Below are positions 25,836 through 32,000 of a stretch of DNA of 32,000 bases, piece after piece. Below the pieces are notes generated by a model. That model did no database searches. It was not told where the DNA came from and saw only the letters and a list, made by a program, of their open reading frames with translations. The position numbers were made by a program, and so were the translations under genes. The stretch lies in NCBI RefSeq assembly GCF_000260965.1, contig NC_017856.1, forward strand, positions 2,220,001 through 2,252,000, given 5' to 3'. Each line of letters opens with the position of its first letter. Within the stretch, counting starts at the first letter, position 1. This stretch comes from Methylophaga frappieri. Lineage in GTDB: Bacteria > Pseudomonadota > Gammaproteobacteria > Nitrosococcales > Methylophagaceae.

Positions 25836-26645
25836 TTATTTGTCCAGATCCGGGTTGGCCAGAAGTGACACGGCATCAATGCCGCGTAATTTGTTTTTAA
25901 TTCTACGGTGGTTACGACGATTATGTTTTGGATTGCGTCGCAACTCAGGATTTAAAATCGAGGTAGCGTGGTTCAAATGATCAATATATTGGCCCAGCTC
26001 AGACGAGGGCAGGAATTTCATCTCATAGCCATGATCGCGCATCTTCTGATGCATGACTTTACCGGCAGTGGCATCACCATCAGCAAACCCCGTTGCTAAT
26101 TGTTGAATAATATCGGTTTTATAGATGGCGCAATGGCTGCGAAGATAATGTAGGCTGGAATCCAGCCGTTCTGGTCGATAACCTTCATAGCCAAACCATT
26201 TATGCAGGGCATACTTCCAGCTTTGTTCAAAACGAATGCCCAGTTGCCTGAGGCGGGACTTTGATTCCAGCTTCCATGAACCAACACCTGCGACATTAGG
26301 CGAATCAAACTGCGCCAGTAAAAATTCCAGCCAGTCGCGACGCTTGATAAAGGTATCCGTATGGATGGATAAGACGTATGGGGTGGTGACCTGCTTTAAA
26401 GCCAAATCCAATGCACGTGAATGGGCTTGAACCCCAGTTTCGCCGGGCACAGCTGGTCGTTCTATCAGGGTTATCCATGGCAGGCTGCGTAAATACTCTG
26501 TTGACTCGTCGTTAGAATCGTTATCGATGACAATGACATCGGCCAGCGCCGGATCGGTATGGTGTCGAATCAGGCGAAGACAAATTTGCGTAATCAGCAG
26601 GGTTTTGTAATTCGGGACTAAAATGGTGACCAGTTTTTGCGACAT
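25836..26645 (-). CDS. Family 2 glycosyltransferase
   Basis: 269-aa ORF with a GT-A N-terminus (VTILVPNYKTL...VIVIDNDSNDEST) and a DxD-equivalent (SIHTDTF). The C-terminal tail is basic and I see no TM segment. Confidence 0.8.
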   Translation of the reverse strand: MSQKLVTILVPNYKTLLITQICLRLIRHHTDPALADVIVIDNDSNDESTEYLRSLPWITLIERPAVPGETGVQAHSRALDLALKQVTTPYVLSIHTDTFIKRRDWLEFLLAQFDSPNVAGVGSWKLESKSRLRQLGIRFEQSWKYALHKWFGYEGYRPERLDSSLHYLRSHCAIYKTDIIQQLATGFADGDATAGKVMHQKMRDHGYEMKFLPSSELGQYIDHLNHATSILNPELRRNPKHNRRNHRRIKNKLRGIDAVSLLANPDLDK

Positions 26646-26660
26646 ACAGATAAATCACTA

Positions 26661-27680
26661 TTAAACGAAAAATTCTGGCGCTACTTTATCAGGCGTCAGT
26701 TGCTGCATGCATTTATGATGACCTTGTGGGCAAACCCGCTGAAAGCAAGGACCACAATCCACCTCTATCTGTTTAATTTTTGCCAGCGTTGATAATGGTG
26801 GTGTAAATGCCGGGGAGGTCGGCCCGTAAATAGCAGTCAAAGGTTTACCTAATGCCGCTGCAACATGCATTAATCCGGAATCATTTGAAACGACCTGATC
26901 CGCTGTCGCCAGTAAATCGATAGCTTCTGCCAAGGCTGTTTTTCCCGCCAAATTAAAAATTGAATGACCAGCCTGTTCACTGGTCGCGGCAACAATTTGA
27001 TCGGCAACCGTTCTATCCGCCTTGGAACCAAAAATCATGACCTGCCAGCCGGCGGCAATGGCCTTGTCAGCCAGTTTTGCATAGTACGTGGCAGGCCACT
27101 GCTTTGCCGGGCCAAACTCGGCCCCGGGACATAAAGCCAACCGGCGCCTTGCTGGAGATTTGGTCGGGATAAAGTGGTCAGGCTGATCACCCGCAATCAT
27201 GGACGGTGCCTGCCAGTCAGGTTTTTGGTCAGCGGTGCGCGCGGGGCCGGCCAGAGATACAAATCGTTCGACCATTAAGGGTAAAGCCGATTTATTCAGT
27301 CGACGCAAATCATTCAATAAGCCATAACGCATTTCACCGCGCCAACCAGTGCGTTTGGGTACTTTCGCAAACCATGGAATCAAGGCCGACTTCCAGGAGT
27401 TGGGTAGCACAATTGCCTGTTGGTACTGGCCACGCAGGGTTTTTCCGATGTGCCAACGTTGACCAATCGCCATCATGCCATGGCCAACAGGCATATCGAT
27501 TGCCTGACGCACTTCTGGCATCCGCTCCAAAAGTGGTCGGGTCCATGCGGGTGCCAGGACATCAATTGAGGCTTGCGGTTGAATCCGTTTTAGCGCTTTA
27601 AATAACGATTGTGCCATTACCATATCGCCTACCCAGGATGGGCCGACAATCAGGATCGCAGATGAGTGTGGCGCGCCCAT
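26661..27680 (-). CDS. waaF: LPS heptosyltransferase II (GT9)
   Basis: ILIVGPSWVGDMVMAQSLFKAL, VLAPAWTRPLLERMPEV and TGWRGEMRYGLLND match E. coli WaaF almost motif for motif. I prefer the ATG at 27680 (GAGG 3 nt upstream, 5 nt after the ZIP stop) over the track's TTG at 27689. Confidence 0.9.
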   Translation of the reverse strand: MGAPHSSAILIVGPSWVGDMVMAQSLFKALKRIQPQASIDVLAPAWTRPLLERMPEVRQAIDMPVGHGMMAIGQRWHIGKTLRGQYQQAIVLPNSWKSALIPWFAKVPKRTGWRGEMRYGLLNDLRRLNKSALPLMVERFVSLAGPARTADQKPDWQAPSMIAGDQPDHFIPTKSPARRRLALCPGAEFGPAKQWPATYYAKLADKAIAAGWQVMIFGSKADRTVADQIVAATSEQAGHSIFNLAGKTALAEAIDLLATADQVVSNDSGLMHVAAALGKPLTAIYGPTSPAFTPPLSTLAKIKQIEVDCGPCFQRVCPQGHHKCMQQLTPDKVAPEFFV

Positions 27681-27685
27681 GAGCC

Positions 27686-28495
27686 TCAATGCATCATGCT
27701 ATGCGACAGATAAATAAAAATGACGCCAGCAGAAATCAACAAGGTTTGTTGTAAGGTTTCGCTGGGCCGAACACGTGAATGCAGGCCAGGGATCAAATCG
27801 GCAACGGCAATGTAAATAAAGCTCGATGCTGCCACCACCAAGACATAAGGTAAAAGCTGTTCCATTTCAGCCAGTAAAAAGTAGGCGAATACCGCACCGA
27901 TAACGGTTCCCATGCTTGACAAGATATTGAAATACAATGCCTTTTTGCGACTGTAGCCACTGTGCAATAAAATGACAAAATCGCCTAATTCTTGTGGGAT
28001 TTCATGCGCAGCAATAGCTAATGCGGTGACAATACCGAGGTGCACGTCGGTCATAAACGCAGCAGCGATTAAGATGCCATCGACAAAATTATGAATCGTA
28101 TCACCAATCAGAATCAGTGGTCCTGCGGCCTTGCCATGATGCTGATGGGCATTGTCGTCGTGATGATCGTGACCGAGTTCAGGAATATGCTCATGCCCAT
28201 GATGGCTATGGCAGTGCCGCCATAACACCAATTTTTCCAGTAAAAAGAAACTCAGTAAGCCCAGCAGCAAGGTGAGCCCCAAGCTATGTGCTTCCACTGC
28301 AAATTCGTGCTCAATAGCATGGGGAATTAACCCTAAAAAAGAGGCGCCAAGCAAGGCACCAATGGCAAAACTGACTAGATAAGGCACAGCATGGCTGCGC
28401 GCTTGCTGAGATAACAGTAAAAAGCCAGCGGCAAATCCAACGCTCAGCAAGCCACCAATCAGACTAAAAAAGACTATCCAGACAAGTAAATCCAT
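27686..28495 (-). CDS. ZIP family divalent metal (zinc) transporter, ZupT-like
   Basis: 269-aa membrane ORF with a His-rich cytoplasmic loop (HCHSHHGHEHIPELGHDHHDDNAHQHHG) and ZIP signature helices (HNFVDGILIAAAF, HEIPQELGDFVILL). Confidence 0.85.
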   Translation of the reverse strand: MDLLVWIVFFSLIGGLLSVGFAAGFLLLSQQARSHAVPYLVSFAIGALLGASFLGLIPHAIEHEFAVEAHSLGLTLLLGLLSFFLLEKLVLWRHCHSHHGHEHIPELGHDHHDDNAHQHHGKAAGPLILIGDTIHNFVDGILIAAAFMTDVHLGIVTALAIAAHEIPQELGDFVILLHSGYSRKKALYFNILSSMGTVIGAVFAYFLLAEMEQLLPYVLVVAASSFIYIAVADLIPGLHSRVRPSETLQQTLLISAGVIFIYLSHSMMH

Positions 28496-28531
28496 AGGGT
28501 CACGTCAGTTTATAAATAGTCAGATCATACC

Positions 28532-29275
28532 TTATTCAGGGGTGATCCAGATAAGAGATGCCATTCTGCCTGTCACGCCATCGCGCCGATACGAAAAAAA
28601 CTGTTCGGGTGATCCTAGGGTGCAGGCTTGTCCGCCATAAATATGCGAAACGCCTGCAGCACGAAGACGATACCGGGCAAGCTGGTAAATGTCTGCCAAA
28701 TGATGACCGGGCCGGTTAGCTTTGAATGCCGCTTTTGCTGTCGCATTGTGTGCGATAAAAATGTTGCGGACTTCATCACCGACTTCAAAGGCAGCAGGGC
28801 CGATGGCGGGGCCGAGCCAGGCATAAAAATCGCTGGCTGGGTGATTCAGTTGAGTGAGTGTTTGCTCAACGATACCATTAGCAAGTCCCCGCCAACCCGC
28901 ATGTATTGCGGCCACCTGTTTGCCATGACGATGACTTAACAAGATGGGAAGACAATCTGCCGTCAGAATGGCGCACACCTGGTTTGTTTGGCTGGTGATA
29001 ATGGCATCCGCCTCAATGCCGCTTCGCCAGTCACGACTCTCGATGACAGTGCAGGAATGCGTTTGTTGTAACCACATAGGCGTGTTGGGGAGGTCAGCAT
29101 TAATTTGTAATGAGTGACGATTATGCTGAACGTGTTGCGGCAGATCACCGACATGATCGCCAAGATTCAGACTATCAAATGGTGCTTGACTTATCCCGCC
29201 CTGTCGCGTGGTCGTCAATGCCCGAACAGTAGTGGGAATGGGCCAGTCAGGCGTAAGCCAGGTGTTAGCTTTCAC
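28532..29275 (-). CDS. pgeF: Peptidoglycan editing factor PgeF (YfiH/DUF152, laccase-domain protein)
   Basis: ALTTTRQGGISQAPFDSLNLGDHVGD, TADCLPILL and HAGWRGL are YfiH family motifs. I prefer the GTG at 29275 (VKANTWLTPDWP...), because the longer track ORF (to 29401) overlaps the upstream IMPase gene by 137 nt. Confidence 0.8.
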   Translation of the reverse strand: MKANTWLTPDWPIPTTVRALTTTRQGGISQAPFDSLNLGDHVGDLPQHVQHNRHSLQINADLPNTPMWLQQTHSCTVIESRDWRSGIEADAIITSQTNQVCAILTADCLPILLSHRHGKQVAAIHAGWRGLANGIVEQTLTQLNHPASDFYAWLGPAIGPAAFEVGDEVRNIFIAHNATAKAAFKANRPGHHLADIYQLARYRLRAAGVSHIYGGQACTLGSPEQFFSYRRDGVTGRMASLIWITPE

Positions 29276-30065
29276 TGCGTGGAATATGCAAATAGTCACG
29301 CCAAGCGGCATACAATGTTTCGTCACATGCAGCACAAGTTGAGCGTGTTTGCAGGTCGCGGATAAAAACGTCGTCATCCTGTAAGGTGCAGGCAAAACCA
29401 CCAGCTTCTTTTAGAATCAGTTGAGCCGCGGCGTAATCCCATAAGTGCTGTTTACCATGCAGATAAATATGGGCTCTGCCAGCCGCAAGCCAACACAATT
29501 CCAAGGCAATGGAGCCTAAGCTGCGCTGTGAGCCATACGGCTTTTCTTGAACCAGTCTTTGCGCTAGCGGCGCGGGCAATCGTTTAAAATCGACAATCGC
29601 CAGACATTGATTCAAGGTCAGTCCGCTAGGCTCCGAGCGTAATGGTGTTTGATTACAAAAGGCACCTTGGCCCTTTGCTGCAGCAAAGCATTCATCTAGT
29701 GAGGGGTCATAAACGATACCATGAGTCACTTGGCCCGCTTCAACCAATGCCAATGAAATCGAAAAAAAAGGCATGCCGGCGGCAAAGTTACTGGTGCCAT
29801 CAATGGGGTCTAAAATCCACAATGGACCCTCTTCGGCAAGCATGGCCTGCTGCTCGCGCAGCGGCATTTCTTCGCCCAGCAATCGTGAGCCTGGGTAGAG
29901 CTGAATAACAGCCTCCCCCAGCTTTTGCTGAATCACTTGATCAGCCAACGTGACGACACTGCCATCTGCTTTGTAGCGGCGTTCGACCGTGTTTAAAAGT
30001 GGCATGAGTTCTTGCTGTACAGTCAGCGTGACCAAACGTTGTAATTGCAGCAAATCAATTTTCAT
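29265..30065 (-). CDS. Inositol monophosphatase family phosphatase (SuhB/CysQ-like)
   Basis: 266-aa ORF with IMPase metal-binding motifs: LLGEEM, WILDPIDGTSNF, WDYAAAQLILKEAGG. The substrate cannot be inferred from sequence alone. Confidence 0.8.
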   Translation of the reverse strand: MKIDLLQLQRLVTLTVQQELMPLLNTVERRYKADGSVVTLADQVIQQKLGEAVIQLYPGSRLLGEEMPLREQQAMLAEEGPLWILDPIDGTSNFAAGMPFFSISLALVEAGQVTHGIVYDPSLDECFAAAKGQGAFCNQTPLRSEPSGLTLNQCLAIVDFKRLPAPLAQRLVQEKPYGSQRSLGSIALELCWLAAGRAHIYLHGKQHLWDYAAAQLILKEAGGFACTLQDDDVFIRDLQTRSTCAACDETLYAAWRDYLHIPRSES

Positions 30066-30138
30066 AAACCAAGTATAGCAGTGATTTGTCAGCCTGCAGC
30101 CTGTAAACTGCGCTTAATTAAAACTGCCCCAGTCTGCT

Positions 30139-30867
30139 ATGAGAACATTGCGTTTTTACTATCCTGGTCCCTATTTGTGGGATGCCGAGTTTGAATTACC
30201 TGCAGCGATTTGTCGGCATGCGGTGCAAGTATTACGACTCAAAGCGGGCAGTGAAATTCACTTGTTTGACGGTGTGGGTAATGAATATCTTGCCGTACTC
30301 ACCTCGGTAGATAAACGATCCAGTTGGGCTCGTCTGGAGCGCCAGTTAGCGGTTCAAAACGAATCACCATTGGCGGTCACCTTGTTGCAAGGCATCTCGC
30401 GTGGGGAAAGGATGGATTACGCGATTCAAAAAGCGGTAGAACTTGGCGTCAGTGACATTGTGCCGGTGGTGACTGAACGCTGTAATGTATCGCTTTCTGC
30501 AGAACGTGCCGAAAAACGACACCTTCACTGGCAAGGCGTTATGGTCGCCGCCTGTGAACAAAGTGGTCGGGCGGTGTTGCCGGTCTTGCAGTCGGTGCAG
30601 CCATTAGAAGAGGCTATTCACACAACAAAAGGCACTTGTCGACTTGTTTTAGACCCGCAATCAGGGCAGTCAATGCAAGCATTAGCAAAGCCTGAAGCTG
30701 TGACGCTTCTAATAGGACCAGAGGGAGGGCTGAGTGACCGGGAAGTTGCGCAGGCAGTTGAGGCGGGTTTTACGCCAATTCAATTTGGGCCGCGCGTCTT
30801 ACGGACGGAAACGGCCTCAGCAGCGGCGTTAGCGGTTGTTCAGGCTTTGTGGGGAGATTTGGCATGA
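30139..30867 (+). CDS. rsmE: 16S rRNA (uracil1498-N3)-methyltransferase
   Basis: 242-aa ORF with RsmE pattern: RVLRLKAGSEIHLFDG, ISRGERMDYAIQKAVELGV, LLIGPEGGLSDRE, GPRVLRTETA. These match E. coli RsmE by eye. Confidence 0.9.
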   Translation: MRTLRFYYPGPYLWDAEFELPAAICRHAVQVLRLKAGSEIHLFDGVGNEYLAVLTSVDKRSSWARLERQLAVQNESPLAVTLLQGISRGERMDYAIQKAVELGVSDIVPVVTERCNVSLSAERAEKRHLHWQGVMVAACEQSGRAVLPVLQSVQPLEEAIHTTKGTCRLVLDPQSGQSMQALAKPEAVTLLIGPEGGLSDREVAQAVEAGFTPIQFGPRVLRTETASAAALAVVQALWGDLA

Positions 30868-31178
30868 CTGACAGCAGCATCATTTTAATTTGTTTGGCGG
30901 TAATAGGTTGGTTCTGGTGGGATAGCCGCGGCGTTGCCGAGCATGCAACGCGCGTCGCTAAACAATATTGCCAATCAATGCATGTCAGCTTTCTCAATGA
31001 TACGGTGGCTTGGAAGAAAGTCCGTCTCAAGCGTAATCCGAAAGGTCGGGTGACACTTGAGCGGAGTTATTTCTTTGAGTTCACCAGTGATGGCAGTTTG
31101 CGCTATCGGGGAGAGGTCGTGATGTTAGGCAAACGGGTTAAATCTGTGAGTCTTGACCCTCACCGCATGGCAGGTTAA
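30864..31178 (+). CDS. DUF3301-like small membrane-anchored protein
   Basis: The ATG at 30864 overlaps the rsmE stop (ATGA). It has an N-terminal TM helix (IILICLAVIGWFWW), then ...VAWKKVRLKRNPKGRVTLERSYFFEFTSDG, which I associate with DUF3301. That family recall is moderate. Confidence 0.6.
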   Translation: MTDSSIILICLAVIGWFWWDSRGVAEHATRVAKQYCQSMHVSFLNDTVAWKKVRLKRNPKGRVTLERSYFFEFTSDGSLRYRGEVVMLGKRVKSVSLDPHRMAG

Positions 31179-31186
31179 TGGTACTG

Positions 31187-32000
31187 ATGTCGACACCGCC
31201 GCAAGTGATGACGCGCCAGTCTGCTTTACAAAAGGCCATTGAAATACTGGGAACACAACCGATTGCTCGCCAAGATGCCGAAACTTTACTGTGTCATGTA
31301 CTCGGCTGTACGCCCACCAGTCTTATCAGTCACAGCGAATCCTGGCTGACCGAATCACAATGGCAGCAGTTTCAGGCGTTGCTTGGCCAGCGTCAGCTTG
31401 GTCATCCGATCGCATACTTAACTCAGGAGCGCGGCTTTTGGGATATGAATTTACAGGTGTCGCCGGCGACATTGATTCCGCGTCCTGATACAGAGTTACT
31501 GGTGGCGCAAGCCTTAGAAAAAATCCCGAAAAATGCGTTTTGCGCTGATATTGGTACCGGCACCGGTGCGATTGCCCTGGCAATGGCGGGTGAACGCCCT
31601 GACAGCTATTGGCTGGCGTGTGACTTGTATGCAGCGACCTTGCAGATTGCAGTGGCAAATGCACGTCGCAATCAACGTGATAATGTACATTTTGTGCAAG
31701 GCGATTTAGCCAACATGCTGGCCTGCGAAAGTCTGGACCTGTGTGTCAGTAACCCACCTTATATTGCTGACGCTGATCCGCATCTAATGCAAGGTGATTT
31801 ACGCTTTGAGCCTCGCCATGCGCTGGCATCAGGGCAGGATGGCTTGGACGCCATTCGGTTACTTGTTCAGCAGGCTTACCGTGTCCTCAAACCACAAGGC
31901 TGGCTGATGATTGAACATGGCTGGCAGCAAGCCGCGGCCGTTCAGGCGTTATTCAGACAGGCCGGATTTACTGAAATCACGGCTTGTCAGGACTTTGGTG
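31187..32000 (+). CDS. prmC: Peptide chain release factor N5-glutamine methyltransferase (partial, about 12 C-terminal codons beyond the window)
   Basis: Not in the ORF track because it is open-ended. My hand translation found no stop to position 32000. GHPIAYLTQERGFWDMNLQVSPATLIPRPDTELLV, DIGTGTGAIALA, VSNPPYI and LMIEHGWQQ match E. coli PrmC/HemK segment by segment. An alternative ATG at 31178 overlaps the upstream stop. Confidence 0.88.
   Translation, partial: MSTPPQVMTRQSALQKAIEILGTQPIARQDAETLLCHVLGCTPTSLISHSESWLTESQWQQFQALLGQRQLGHPIAYLTQERGFWDMNLQVSPATLIPRPDTELLVAQALEKIPKNAFCADIGTGTGAIALAMAGERPDSYWLACDLYAATLQIAVANARRNQRDNVHFVQGDLANMLACESLDLCVSNPPYIADADPHLMQGDLRFEPRHALASGQDGLDAIRLLVQQAYRVLKPQGWLMIEHGWQQAAAVQALFRQAGFTEITACQDFG

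Noticed and set aside
28133-28216. His-rich low-complexity coding stretch (HCHSHHGHEHIPELGHDHHDDNAHQHHG).
   Set aside because: This is the normal variable cytoplasmic metal-binding loop of ZIP transporters, not a repeat element or artefact.
29276-29401. 42-codon N-terminal extension of pgeF that overlaps the IMPase-family gene.
   Set aside because: It would create a 137-nt overlap with a well-supported gene. The GTG at 29275 gives a YfiH-typical N-terminus.
30090-30103. Tandem 7-mer cagcctg-cagcctg in the IMPase/rsmE divergent intergenic region.
   Set aside because: It has only two copies of a 7-mer. That is too short to distinguish from chance, and no associated structure is visible.
1-32000. 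Searched by eye for CRISPR-like spaced repeats, tRNA/rRNA/tmRNA-sized non-coding gaps, IS ends or transposases, prophage genes, and known defence genes (restriction-modification, toxin-antitoxin, Abi, CBASS-like).
   Set aside because: Coding density is very high. The longest non-coding gaps (76-217, 6814-6904, 15714-15840, 18392-18526) are 90-142 nt and show no RNA-gene-like or array-like structure. Every long ORF has a housekeeping, LPS or transport assignment.

Overview
This is a chromosomal, housekeeping-type gammaproteobacterial segment. Its gene order matches three blocks I recall from Pseudomonas: lppL-lysA-dapF-DUF484-xerC, polA-DUF2782-thrB, and the waaF/C/G/P core-LPS cluster. I found no rRNA, tRNA, CRISPR, IS/transposase, prophage or recognisable defence genes. 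The longest non-coding gaps are only about 90-140 nt.

Layout:
- Left third: a pilB-like 5' end (minus strand), then lptM-lysA-dapF-yigA(DUF484)-xerC (plus), then polA (minus).
- Middle: DUF2782-thrB-waaC-hldE-orf99 (plus). This converges on pstS-pstC-pstA-pstB followed by a degenerate Fic-fold gene where phoU normally sits (minus). Next comes a translationally coupled gmhA-FAD oxidoreductase-aldo/keto reductase operon (minus).
- Right third: waaG-waaP-double LPS kinase (plus). This converges on a nine-gene minus-strand string: IMPase-family, pgeF, ZIP transporter, waaF, GT2, GT-C-like membrane protein, carbamoyltransferase, pyruvyltransferase. Then rsmE-DUF3301-prmC (plus), with prmC running off the right edge.

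Three genes missing from the ORF track were added by hand: the pilB-like fragment, lptM and prmC.

I do not see a clear-cut new multi-gene system. The best candidates for something undescribed are:
1. The pseudo-Fic gene in the phoU slot of the pst operon.
2. The gmhA-FAD oxidoreductase-AKR operon.
3. The core-LPS decoration module (GT2 + GT-C + carbamoyl + pyruvyl transferases) together with a two-domain LPS kinase.

All functional calls rest on by-eye motif and synteny recognition. No searches were run.
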